In this document: piece after piece, positions 1 to 8,973 of the stretch
How positions within the stretch are numbered: position 1 is the stretch's first letter
Layout of the letters: each line of letters opens with the position of its first letter
Assembly: GCF_044224575.1 (NCBI RefSeq)
Contig: NZ_JBGAKE010000009.1
Coordinates: forward strand, 32,162-96,161
DNA from: Nakamurella sp.
Lineage (GTDB): Bacteria > Actinomycetota > Actinomycetes > Mycobacteriales > Nakamurellaceae
Length of the DNA stretch: 64,000 bases
Direction: 5' to 3'
Notes under the pieces: generated by a model
The model's input: only the letters and a program-made list of their open reading frames with translations
Told to the model about the DNA's origin: nothing
Database searches by the model: none
Translations under genes and position numbers: made by a program

Positions 1-2
1 GC

Positions 3-251
3 GACGTCGAAGTGACTCGCTTCGGCCGGCGATTCCGGATGCACGCGAAACTCGATGAGGATCCGGATCCGGTGGCCGACATCGTCGCCGAGATCCTGGC
101 GCGGTTCGGTGTCGCCGGGGTGAAGCGACGCCTCGGTCTCGAGATCCAGCCCGGCGCGCAGCCGACCCACGAGGACCTGTCCGAGGCCGCCCGCGAGTTC
201 GATATCGCGATGATCACGCTCACTTCGCTCCCGGAGCCGGCCGCGCCCTGA
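3..251 (+). CDS. 3' part of a protein running in from the left edge; resembles the C-terminus of deazaflavin-dependent nitroreductase-like actinobacterial proteins
   Basis: Frame open from base 3 (DVEVTRFGRRFRMHAKLDEDPDPVAD...KRRLGL...PTHEDL) to TGA at 249-251; family resemblance only. Confidence 0.4.
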   Translation, partial: DVEVTRFGRRFRMHAKLDEDPDPVADIVAEILARFGVAGVKRRLGLEIQPGAQPTHEDLSEAAREFDIAMITLTSLPEPAAP

Positions 252-930
252 CCCGACCATCTACGAGGAAGGGCAACAGCAATCCGCTGATCACCCCGAG
301 GGTCGCACCGGCGACCAGGCCGGTCAGCGCTCCGGTGGTGATCACGACCGCCAGTGGCCACTGCGGTCCGGGCAGCGAAGCGCCGACGAAGATGATCGGC
401 ATCGCGACCGCCCAGCCCAGGGCGCTGGCCCCGCTCCATCGCCACGGGTGCGGCACCCGGCCGCGCAGCACGAGCGACTGCCCGGCGCCCAGCACCGCGC
501 CCATCAGCAGGCCCAGCCCGGCCGCCGTGACCGTGAGCAGGAACGGGGTCGGCTCGCCTGCGCCGTCGTCCGGGAGCAGGACCGCCGGGGCCGAGGCCGC
601 GGCCCAGCCGACCCCGGCGAAGATCACGGTCACCATGATCCAGTTGGATCGCCGGCCGGGTAGCCAGGCGGCGAGGCCACTGGCCTGGGCGACGCCCAGC
701 GCGGTGCCCTCGATGAGACCGCCGGTGACGATGATGGCCAGAGCGGCCAGTGCCGCGGGCGCCGTCGTCGGGCCATCGCCGACGGTGGCGCCGGCAAGCC
801 TGGCCGCGGCCGCCGATGCGGCCATGCCCACGGACTCCGCCGTGGCACACAGGGCGGTCCAGCGCAGCACGGCCGGTGGGCCGGGTACCGACGACGAGGA
901 ACTCGCCGGGGAGCGCACGATATCGGCCAT
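220..930 (-). CDS. Hypothetical multi-pass membrane protein (236 aa)
   Basis: Several hydrophobic Gly/Ala-rich helices; GGAGG RBS upstream of the ATG. Confidence 0.7.
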   Translation of the reverse strand: MADIVRSPASSSSSVPGPPAVLRWTALCATAESVGMAASAAAARLAGATVGDGPTTAPAALAALAIIVTGGLIEGTALGVAQASGLAAWLPGRRSNWIMVTVIFAGVGWAAASAPAVLLPDDGAGEPTPFLLTVTAAGLGLLMGAVLGAGQSLVLRGRVPHPWRWSGASALGWAVAMPIIFVGASLPGPQWPLAVVITTGALTGLVAGATLGVISGLLLPFLVDGRVRARPAPGAK

Positions 931-980
931 GTCGGTCGCCTCCTTCCGGCCATGCTTGCAGCGGCGCCGCCGACCCGGTA

Positions 981-994
981 GGGGCCGAGGTCCC
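981..994. promoter_or_regulatory. DosR/DevR-box-like 14-bp imperfect palindrome GGGGCC-GA-GGTCCC
   Basis: Matches the GGGACT-NN-AGTCCC geometry; about 50 bp upstream of the 930 start; similar copies at 1070, 3456, 3545, 5402, 5469, 7450 and 21423. Confidence 0.45.
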
Positions 995-1339
995 GACGGT
1001 TCGATGCCCCGCGTTTGCCGCGCCCTTCCCGCCGGGCGTTGACCGCCTCACCCGCAACGACCGGGTCGCAGGCCCAAAGTCTCTACCGATCAGCATGATT
1101 CAGAAGTGAGGTGGAAGGAGTCGACAGCACCGGGTCGCCCTCGCCCGGGATAGCTCGAGCCGAGCACCTGCCAAGGATCGACGATGACCCGAGAACGCAC
1201 CGCCGCACACGCCATCGGTAGCCGGCTGACCGAGCCTGCCGGCGCGCCAGTGGTCGAGGGCACGCTCGCCGACATCGCCTGGGCCGGTGTGAACCCCGAC
1301 CTGCCGGCGGCGAACGGGCCGATCGGCCGGTGAGCACCC

Positions 1340-1936
1340 GTGGATCCGAGCACGGCGGGCGTGTATCTGATTGCTGCGGCGGGTTTCGGCTGGGGAGCAC
1401 ATCTACTGTCCCGCGCCGCCCGCCAGAGCCGGCTGGCGGTGGTTGCCGGAGCAATCGCGGTGGTCATCGCGAGCGTGCTCGTCGGGCTGCTGAGTGGGCC
1501 GGCCGGCCTGCTCGGGTGGATGACCGTGGTCGTCGGCCTCAGCGAGTGGCGTCGACCCCGGCCGGAGGGTGACGCCGACCGTGACTCGGTCCTGGGACCG
1601 GCCGTCCCCCGCGCCTCCGAGTGCGTACCGGTACCCGCCATCCGGCCGCGGCGCCGCCCGCAGCAGATCGCTCGTCGATCGCCGCCGGCGCCCCCGGCTC
1701 GAGCGCACCGGCCCTCGGTCGGCCGGGATGTGGCGTGGCTCCGGCACCCGCCCGCTTCCGGCGGAACCGATCAGAGGACGTTGCGTACGGTCGGCAGACG
1801 GGTCACCAGGAAGCCGACGACGAAGGCCACCGGCACCCCGATGACGGCGACGAGGAGACCCTTCATCTCCGGGGCCCAGCCGACGGTGCGCAAGACGATG
1901 GACAGAGCGACGAGAACGATCGGATGGAACACGTAG
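1340..1936 (+). CDS. Possible small membrane protein; only the N-terminal ~70 aa look protein-like
   Basis: Two to three hydrophobic segments (GVYLIAAAGFGWGAHLL, LAVVAGAIAVVIASVLVGLL); the tail overlaps the convergent acyltransferase. Confidence 0.3.
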   Translation: MDPSTAGVYLIAAAGFGWGAHLLSRAARQSRLAVVAGAIAVVIASVLVGLLSGPAGLLGWMTVVVGLSEWRRPRPEGDADRDSVLGPAVPRASECVPVPAIRPRRRPQQIARRSPPAPPARAHRPSVGRDVAWLRHPPASGGTDQRTLRTVGRRVTRKPTTKATGTPMTATRRPFISGAQPTVRKTMDRATRTIGWNT

Positions 1937-2883
1937 GCGGCATAGGAGCCACGGGCGGCCCGCATGGCGACGGCCGACGGATGGGCCGACCAGCGGCGCT
2001 GCAGAACGTCGACGAGCCAGATCATCAGCACGACGGCGGTGCCGCCGTCGAGCAGCGCCATGACCACGCCCGGCCACCGACCGTTCGCGAGCGGCCCGGC
2101 CTCGCCGGGGATGCTCGCGGCGGCCAGGACAGCCAGTCCGGCGAACATCAGCAGGGCCAGGTGGCCGCAGGACCGGACCAGCGCCGCGGGCATCCGGTCG
2201 AACCAGCCCCGTTCGCCGGCCAGCACGCCCAGTACGAAGACACCGGCCGCCTGTTGCCAGTGGGGCCATCCGAAGTCGAAGTAGCGGTCGACGGTGCCGG
2301 GCAGCCCAGGCCAGGTCAGCAGGTCGACCACCGCGATCGCCGCCGCGACGAGCAGCAGCGGCCGGACGCCGATCAACTCCGCCCGCATCGGAGGGACCGG
2401 GCGGAGCCATCGCCATCCGGCGTACAGCAGGGAAAACCCCAGCAGGGCAACGACAAACCACAGCGGCCCGAATCCCCGACCGTTGCCCAGATCGGTCAGT
2501 TCGGCCAGCAACGACCGGTCATGACCTTCCGCGCCGGCAGCCATCCAGCGCACCAGTGGGTCGAGGATGAGCACGTACACCACCGCCGGCACCCCGAGCC
2601 GCAGCAAGCGCGTCACCGCATACGCAGCCGGGCCGGTCCGGGCCAGGGAGCCGGCCGCCAAGAACCCCGCCACGAGGAACAGCGGGGACAGCCCGAACGC
2701 GGCCAGCAGTTCGACCGGCCGGCCGAGCAGCGTCGGGGTCACGTCCGAGGTCGTCCGCTCCTCGTAGTACCAGGAGATCGGCACGACGTAGGCGGTGGCG
2801 GCGTGCACGGCGATCACCGCGCCGATCACGGTCACCCGCAACCGGTCGATCCACCACCGTCGCGATGCCTGCGGTGGCGCCAT
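1771..2883 (-). CDS. Acyltransferase family 3 (OpgC/GumG-like) membrane O-acyltransferase
   Basis: RRWWIDRLRV...VIAVHAATAY, FFLVAG-like LFLVAGF, GPLWFVVAL, SYAAYVFH motifs; about 10 TM helices; start taken at ATG 2883. Confidence 0.85.
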   Translation of the reverse strand: MAPPQASRRWWIDRLRVTVIGAVIAVHAATAYVVPISWYYEERTTSDVTPTLLGRPVELLAAFGLSPLFLVAGFLAAGSLARTGPAAYAVTRLLRLGVPAVVYVLILDPLVRWMAAGAEGHDRSLLAELTDLGNGRGFGPLWFVVALLGFSLLYAGWRWLRPVPPMRAELIGVRPLLLVAAAIAVVDLLTWPGLPGTVDRYFDFGWPHWQQAAGVFVLGVLAGERGWFDRMPAALVRSCGHLALLMFAGLAVLAAASIPGEAGPLANGRWPGVVMALLDGGTAVVLMIWLVDVLQRRWSAHPSAVAMRAARGSYAAYVFHPIVLVALSIVLRTVGWAPEMKGLLVAVIGVPVAFVVGFLVTRLPTVRNVL

Positions 2884-2924
2884 CCCGGATCCGTCGCCGT
2901 GTCGGCCGGGTCGGCGGTCGCCGG

Positions 2925-3419
2925 TCAAGGCCCTTTCGGGCGAGCGTGCGGCGCGTCGAGGCGGAACGGCTGCACGATGTCCGTCAATTGAGCCGCCGGA
3001 TCCGGGACGTCGCCGGGTCCCTTGCGGTACACCTCGTACGGACCGCTCGAGGCGATCGCATGGTGGGACATCAGCCATTCCGCCAACCTGCGGTACTCCG
3101 CGACCATCGCCTCGTCACCGCCGCGATGCTGCACCACCGCGACCCGGCCACCCGGGATCCATTCGACAACGATATCGCCGTTCCCGGCGAACCTGTCGTC
3201 CACCGGAAACCCGGCCGTGACATCGAACCGGCCGTCGTCATGCCGGTGGTAGCGGGCGAACGGCGGCCCGGACGGACGGCGCCCGACACTGGCGAGGTGG
3301 TCGGCGATACGGCGATAGGTCAGCCCCAACCACTCCGCAAGCTCGGCGACAGGCAGTGTCGTCGTCCGGGTCGCCGCAAAGGACGCGGCCCGCTGCCGAA
3401 TCAGAACAGTGCTGGACAT
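2925..3419 (-). CDS. GyrI-like small-molecule-binding domain protein
   Basis: GPPFARYH, DVTAGFPV, PGGRVAVVQHRG, GPYEVY motifs of the GyrI/AraC-effector fold. Confidence 0.85.
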   Translation of the reverse strand: MSSTVLIRQRAASFAATRTTTLPVAELAEWLGLTYRRIADHLASVGRRPSGPPFARYHRHDDGRFDVTAGFPVDDRFAGNGDIVVEWIPGGRVAVVQHRGGDEAMVAEYRRLAEWLMSHHAIASSGPYEVYRKGPGDVPDPAAQLTDIVQPFRLDAPHARPKGP

Positions 3420-3455
3420 GACCGAATTGTCCGGCCGGCCGGGTCACCCCGGCCA

Positions 3456-3558
3456 GGGCATTTGGTCCCTGAGGGTGGCTACTCCCCCGGCCGGACAACG
3501 GGAAATCGATCGGTGACGGATCCGACCACTGGTCGGCCCATTCGGGGACCTTCGGCCC
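3456..3558. promoter_or_regulatory. Pair of DosR-box-like palindromes (caGGGCAT-TT-GGTCCCtg at 3456-3469; GGGACC-TT-CGGCCC at 3545-3558) in a divergent promoter
   Basis: Same 6-2-6 geometry as the mycobacterial DosR box; both are intergenic. Confidence 0.5.
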
Positions 3559-3760
3559 GATGCATCGACAGCCGGACCGGCCACGCTGGTTTCAGCCGGC
3601 CGCGGCGCCCGTGGCAACCGCCCGGCCAACGTCCGGTCCGACGAACGATCGAGTACGCAACGGAACTGATCGGACGGCACCGGCCACGACCGGGGGTCGG
3701 ACGGGTGCCCGACTGGGCCGGCCACGGTCCGGGCCGGCCGTTGGTGACGAAGGAGTTCGC

Positions 3761-4207
3761 ATGACAACCACACTCGTGATGGTGGGGTTCGACGAATTGC
3801 CGGACGTGGTCGCCCGGCCGGCGCCGGGGACCGCCTCCCGGTTCCGGTGGCCGGGAGGGTGGTCCCGGCGAGCGGTCCGTCGACGACCGACGAGGTGGCC
3901 GCGGCCGGCCGATCGTACGCACCGGGCCGGACGCGAGGTGCAGGACGGGCCGTCCGATCCGGCCACGGTCAGCGCGGTCGCGCTGGCCGTCGCAGTTCGA
4001 CAACAACTGACCCACCCGGGATCGGTTTCACCGCAACGGCAACTCGAACTCATCCTGGCCGATCGGATGGCTGACGCGGCCCGCCCGTCCGGCACGAGTC
4101 GGGCCGGCCCGGGCTGGACTCCCTTCCTGGTCCGGGTGGATGCCAGCCCGTACCGGCCGCTGGCCGACGGGGCATGGACCTACTCCCCGCCCGTCCGGAG
4201 CCCCTGA
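3761..4207 (+). CDS. Hypothetical protein
   Basis: AAGGAG RBS 5 nt before ATG 3761; no recognisable family. Confidence 0.45.
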   Translation: MTTTLVMVGFDELPDVVARPAPGTASRFRWPGGWSRRAVRRRPTRWPRPADRTHRAGREVQDGPSDPATVSAVALAVAVRQQLTHPGSVSPQRQLELILADRMADAARPSGTSRAGPGWTPFLVRVDASPYRPLADGAWTYSPPVRSP

Positions 4208-4213
4208 TCCGAG

Positions 4214-4962
4214 GTGTTCCGCAGTGCCGTACACAGTGCTAGCGACCGGCTGTCCGCGGCGTACGTCGATTGGGCGTGGTATTCGGGCGGTTGGTCGAAC
4301 GCGAACGGAGATGTCGCCGGTCCGGGCTGGACCAACGGAGATACGCCCGATACCTGCACCGATTCCGCCACCGCCGTGGGCGCCGGCTACCCGAACTGCC
4401 CGGACGCGTTGTTCCAGTACCACCATCAGCCGTTCAACTACTACGCCAACTATGCACCGGGCACCGCAGCGCGCACACTGCACCTGCGCGACGAGGTCGA
4501 GTTCATCGGCGCGGCCAAGGCGGGCACATTGCGGCCGGTCAGTTTCGTCAAACCGATCGGCGCCGAGAACGAGCATCCCGGTTGCGCCAGCGAGCACCAG
4601 GGCAGCGACCATCTCGTCGACCTGTTGTCGGCGATCGAGCACGGCCCCCAGGCAGCCTCGACCCTGGTGATCGTCACCTACGACGAGTTCGGCGGGCAGT
4701 TTGACCACATCGCCCCGCCGGCCGGCCGCCGCGGCATCTCCGACCGGTGGGGTCCGGGCACCCGGTTCCCGGCCCTCGTGGTCTCGCCATTGCTCACCCG
4801 CGACTTCGCCGTGGACGCACGTCGCACGACACCACCTCCGTACTGGCGACCGTCGAGACGGTCTTCGACGTCCCACCGCTCGCCTCACGGGATGCCTCTG
4901 TCGCGAACCTGCTCGTGCCAGGGCTCTTCTCGGCGAGGTTGTGTGGACGGCCGCGAGGTTGA
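4214..4962 (+). pseudogene. Truncated, frameshifted acid phosphatase AcpA / phosphoesterase-family gene
   Basis: WAWYSGGW, FQYHHQPFNYYANYAPG, VSFVKPIGAENEHPG, IVTYDEFGGQFDH, WGPGTRFP; N-terminal half missing; 1-nt loss near 4817 moves HDTTSVLATVE into another frame. Confidence 0.8.
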
Positions 4963-4972
4963 CCGGCGCCGG

Positions 4973-5275
4973 TCAGCCGGTGGCGTTCATCGCGCGCAAT
5001 CGGGCGATCTCGCGTTGCAGCTCGGACTCCGTCGGCTCGCGACGCAGGAATGCATCCCACGCATTGGCCGCGACTCCGATGCCCCAGCCGAAGATCGGGA
5101 AAATGGGCCAGAAGAATGGCATTCCCGCCATCGCCCAGATGATGATCAGGAATCCGTTCACCATCAGGTAAATCATCAGGTGCAACCAGAAGTCCGATTG
5201 TTTCTTGAGGCGGCCCAGCGCGACCTGGCGCAGGGCGGTGTCTTCCGAACGGATCTGGTTGATTGCGTCAGTCAT
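4973..5275 (-). CDS. 2TM domain-containing protein
   Basis: ALGRLKKQSDFWLHLMIYLMVNGFLIIIWAM...FFWPIFPIFGWGIGV is the typical 2TM-domain pattern. Confidence 0.85.
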   Translation of the reverse strand: MTDAINQIRSEDTALRQVALGRLKKQSDFWLHLMIYLMVNGFLIIIWAMAGMPFFWPIFPIFGWGIGVAANAWDAFLRREPTESELQREIARLRAMNATG

Positions 5276-5401
5276 GTCGACCGTCCCTTCCACCGGCCCA
5301 GCGCGGACGCCTCCCCGCGGTGCCCCGCGCTGGGGCACGACAACCCGGCCCCGGCGGCCGGGCCTGCCCTCATCGTCGCTCTCCGGTGCTGCGCACCGAC
5401 A

Positions 5402-5482
5402 GGGCCGTCGGTCCCGATCTGTCTCCCGAGCCGGTCCCGCACGGTGGTGGCCCGCGGTCGGATCCACCAGGACCTTCGGCCC
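5402..5482. promoter_or_regulatory. Two DosR-box-like palindromes (GGGCCG-TC-GGTCCC at 5402-5415; AGGACC-TT-CGGCCC at 5469-5482) upstream of the phosphate transporter
   Basis: Intergenic, same geometry as the other copies. Confidence 0.45.
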
Positions 5483-5547
5483 TGGATGCGGACAATTCGC
5501 GGTCCCTACTGTCGGTGGCAACCCCGAAAGGCGGTGCTGCCCGGGCT

Positions 5548-6711
5548 ATGACAACAACGATGGTGCTGGTTGCGCTGGTCGTCATCACGGCGCTGTTCTT
5601 CGATTTCACCAATGGATTCCACGACAGCGCCAATGCGATGGCCACCTCGGTGGCGACCGGAGCGCTCCGGCCACGAGTGGCGGTGCTGATCGCCGCGGTA
5701 CTGAACGTCGCCGGGGCCTTCCTGTCCACCGCGGTCGCCAAGACCATTTCCGGCGGCATCGTCGACGACGCCCTGGTGACGCCTACGATGGTCTTCGCCG
5801 GCCTGGCGGCGGCCATCCTGTGGAACCTGGTGACCTGGCTGTTCGGGCTGCCCTCGAGCTCCTCGCATGCCTTGTTCGGCGGGCTGATCGGCGCCGTGCT
5901 GGTCGGTGCCGGAATCTCCGGGGTGAACTTTCCGGTGGTGGTCTCCAAGATCCTGCTGCCGGCGCTTGCCGCGCCGGTTATTGCCGGCGTCGCCGCCGGA
6001 TTAGCGACCGCACTCGTCTATCGCCTCGTTCGACCCGACAATTTCGGGCCGGCGACGAACTGGTTCAGACGGGCGCAGACCGTCTCGGCGTCCCTGGTGG
6101 CGCTGTCGCACGGCACCAGCGACGGACAAAAGACCATGGGCGTGATCACCCTCGTGCTGATCACCGCCGGTTATCAGGAGTCGGGGTCCGCGCCGCAGTT
6201 ATGGGTGATCGCCAGCGCCGGCCTGGCGATCGGCCTGGGCACCTATTCCGGCGGCTGGCGGATCATGCGGACAATGGGCCGGGGAATCGTCGACATCCGG
6301 GCACCGCAGGGCTTCGCGTCGGAAACAGCCTCGGCCGCCGCCATTCTGGCTTCCTCTCATCTCGGATTCGGGCTGTCCACCACCCAGGTCTGCTCGGGTT
6401 CGATCCTGGGTGCAGGCATCGGTCACCGGCTGGCCCCGGTGCGCTGGTCGACTGCCCGTCGGATCGTCTACGGCTGGCTGCTCACGCTGCCCGCGGCGGC
6501 GGTCATGGGTGCGCTGGCCGCCGCGGTGGCGCTGTCCGGCGCGCTCGGTGTCTTCATCGTGCTGACCGCGTTGATCGTCGGCGGGCTTGGGATCTACGCG
6601 GTCTCCCGGCGGGCGCCGGTGTCCAGCAGCACGGTCAACGACTCCGCCGACGTCCGGCTGTCGCCGATTCCGGCGCGATCCACTGAACCCGTGGATTCGA
6701 CGAGCACCTGA
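5548..6711 (+). CDS. Inorganic phosphate transporter, PiT family
   Basis: FDFTNGFHDSANAMATSV and SHGTSDGQKTMG PiT signature repeats. Confidence 0.95.
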   Translation: MTTTMVLVALVVITALFFDFTNGFHDSANAMATSVATGALRPRVAVLIAAVLNVAGAFLSTAVAKTISGGIVDDALVTPTMVFAGLAAAILWNLVTWLFGLPSSSSHALFGGLIGAVLVGAGISGVNFPVVVSKILLPALAAPVIAGVAAGLATALVYRLVRPDNFGPATNWFRRAQTVSASLVALSHGTSDGQKTMGVITLVLITAGYQESGSAPQLWVIASAGLAIGLGTYSGGWRIMRTMGRGIVDIRAPQGFASETASAAAILASSHLGFGLSTTQVCSGSILGAGIGHRLAPVRWSTARRIVYGWLLTLPAAAVMGALAAAVALSGALGVFIVLTALIVGGLGIYAVSRRAPVSSSTVNDSADVRLSPIPARSTEPVDSTST

Positions 6712-6724
6712 CGGGTGGTTGACC

Positions 6725-6955
6725 GTGAAGATCGACTGGGAGTCGCTGGCCCTGGTCGCCGTGACCACCGTGGCGGTGACCCTGGTCGTGGTCGGCGTCG
6801 TGACGGCCGGAGTCGTCGCCCTGACGGTGGCAGCCCGAGGACCGGCCACACCGGCCCGGGTGTGGTGGGCGAGCATCGCCGGCTGGGCGTGCCTGGCAGC
6901 GGCCGGCGCGGTGGTCCTGTTCGGGCTGTACCTGATCATTCCGGTCTGGCACTGA
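6725..6955 (+). CDS. Small two-TM membrane protein following PiT
   Basis: GTG start, VKIDWESLALVAV..., GLYLII at the C-terminus; arrangement I recognise downstream of actinobacterial pit genes. Confidence 0.7.
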   Translation: MKIDWESLALVAVTTVAVTLVVVGVVTAGVVALTVAARGPATPARVWWASIAGWACLAAAGAVVLFGLYLIIPVWH

Positions 6956-6981
6956 TCGAGCGCCGCCCCGCCGACCCGACT

Positions 6982-7423
6982 GCCGACCTCATCGAGGCCC
7001 TGGTCGAGTGCGGTGCCGGCGATCTGGTGGTGGTCAGCAACAACGCGGGCAACGGCGACCGGGGCCTGGCCGCGCTGATCCGCGAACGGCGGGTACGCAA
7101 GTTCTCTGCTCGTTCCCGCGCCAAGTGCCCAACTACCTGCCGGCCGGCTCGGGGTCGTCCTGCACACCGAGAACGGCATGCTCAACATGGGTCCCGAGGC
7201 GCAATGAGGTCGAGATCGGCCCGGATCTGATCAACGCCGGCACGGTCCCGGTCATCACCGACCCACTCACCGGACTGGGTTGCGTGACGCGGGTCTACAC
7301 CGACCACGGTGTCTTCCTCATCCGGCCCGAGGGTGTCGGGTCCGGGAGTTGTTCGGCATCGACTTCACCGAACTCGGCCGACGGCTCGACCTTCCGGTTC
7401 GCCGCGCCCGCCTCGATGGATGA
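6982..7423 (+). pseudogene. Collapsed remnant of 3-oxoadipate/3-oxoacid CoA-transferase A and B subunits (pcaI/pcaJ-like)
   Basis: LIEALVE.GAGDLVVVSNNAGNGD.GLAAL..CSFPRQ (subunit A), NYLP..LHTENGMLNMGP..PDLINAG and PLTGLGCVTRVYTD..VRELFGI (subunit B), in shifting frames within 440 bp. Confidence 0.8.
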
Positions 7424-7545
7424 GTCCCTGCGTGACCGCCCGGCCCGCCAGGACCTTCTCCCCTTCCGTTGCCGGCTGCGGCCCGACGAGAGTTGGCTCC
7501 AGCGGGGCCGATCCGCGTGCTGGCCCCCGGAGGCAAGGAGCAGCC

Positions 7546-7890
7546 ATGAAACTCGACGAGCTGGTCAACTCAACTCGGGAAGCGCTGACGGTCAAGAGGG
7601 TCTACGCCGAACCGTTCGAAAAGGATGGCCTCGCAGTCATTCCGGCCGCCTCGGTCAGGGGTGGTGCGGGCGGCGGCTCCGGTCACGACGAGAAGGGCCA
7701 GGAGGGTGAGGGCGGCGGCTTCGGGATGACCGGCAGCCCGGCCGGGGCGTACGTCGTCCAGGGCGGCAAGGTCAAGTGGCTCCCCGCGGTGGACCCCAAC
7801 CGCCTGTTCGTCATGGTCGGCTTGGCGGTGATCGCGTACCTGCTCATGCGACCGCGGATGGCTCGCGCCCGTGGCCCGGCCAGTTCCTGA
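7546..7890 (+). CDS. YtfJ/GerW-like protein
   Basis: TVKRVYAEP.EKDG.AVIPAA.V.GG.GGG.G...GGGFG...P.GAYV; AAGGAG RBS. Confidence 0.85.
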   Translation: MKLDELVNSTREALTVKRVYAEPFEKDGLAVIPAASVRGGAGGGSGHDEKGQEGEGGGFGMTGSPAGAYVVQGGKVKWLPAVDPNRLFVMVGLAVIAYLLMRPRMARARGPASS

Positions 7891-8055
7891 ATTCCTCTCG
7901 GAAGGATTGTTTGCGGGCCGGCCGCGGCCGTCGATCCTTCCTGGCCGTCGCGGTCACCTCACCGATGAGCGGCACAGCGGCGCCGGCACCCACCCTGGCG
8001 ACGGGGCACTCCCGGCGTCGCTGCCCGTCGGAACCGAACCGAAGGAGCAACTGCC

Positions 8056-8712
8056 ATGACCGCGCCAACCAAGCCGTACGCTGCCCGGCTCGAGATCGAC
8101 TACCCCGAGCACCTGGACCGGATCACCACGGCATTCCGGTTCATCTGGATCATCCCGATCGCCATCGTGCTGGGAGCGCTGTCCGCCGCCGCCACGTCCA
8201 GTGTCACCGTCATCACCGACACCGGTCAGGTCGTGACCCAGGTCAGCCGGACCGGCGGCGGCATCGCCGGCGGGTTGTTCGCGGCAACGCTGCTGATGGT
8301 CGTGTTCCGTCGTCGTTACCCGCGCTGGTGGTTCGACTTCGCCTTGCAGTTCAACCGGTTCGGCGCCCGGGTCGCCGCGTACGGGGCGCTGCTCACCGAC
8401 CGGTACCCGTCGACCGTCGAGGAGCAGTCCGTCCACCTGGACCTCGACTACCCCGACGCGGAAAAGGATCTGAACCGCTGGTTACCGCTGGTCAAGTGGC
8501 TGCTGGTGATCCCGCACATCATCGTGCTCGCGTTCCTGTTCCTGGGCGCCTTCTTCGCGGTCATCATCGCCTGGTTCGCCATCCTGTTCACCGGGCGATA
8601 CCCGCGCGGCCTGTTCGACTACGTCGTGGGCGTCACCCGGTGGGCGCTGCGGGTCAGCGCCTACGCAACCCTACTGCTGACCGACCGCTACCCGCCCTTC
8701 CGCCTCGGCTAG
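8056..8712 (+). CDS. DUF4389 domain membrane protein (two repeats)
   Basis: Repeated R.....FR.I..IP / FTGRYPRGLFDY..G..RW..RV.AY..LLTDRYPPF; AAGGAG RBS. Confidence 0.9.
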   Translation: MTAPTKPYAARLEIDYPEHLDRITTAFRFIWIIPIAIVLGALSAAATSSVTVITDTGQVVTQVSRTGGGIAGGLFAATLLMVVFRRRYPRWWFDFALQFNRFGARVAAYGALLTDRYPSTVEEQSVHLDLDYPDAEKDLNRWLPLVKWLLVIPHIIVLAFLFLGAFFAVIIAWFAILFTGRYPRGLFDYVVGVTRWALRVSAYATLLLTDRYPPFRLG

Positions 8713-8957
8713 TCCTGCAGTCGGAGATCGTGATCTTGGGCGTGTTGGCGCTGGTCAAGGTGGCCACCGGGCGATCGCAAACGTACTGGTACCTCCGGTC
8801 GGCCGGTGCCGGTCCGCACGGACGCGGCTGGCCCCTGCCCCGCTCGGTCCGGCTCCGGCAGCTGGTTCGCCGCCCGGTTCATCTGCGGAACTACGTTCGA
8901 TGAACATGAACTGAGAAGGTATTACGGCGTTGCCAGCGGTCGTGATTGTTGGCACCA

Positions 8958-8973
8958 TCGAACACATGTCGAG
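8958..8973. promoter_or_regulatory. Degenerate LexA (SOS)-box-like site overlapping the DUF222 start codon
   Basis: TCGAAC-ACAT-GTCGAG versus the actinobacterial consensus TCGAAC-N4-GTTCGA; the right half is imperfect. Confidence 0.3.
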
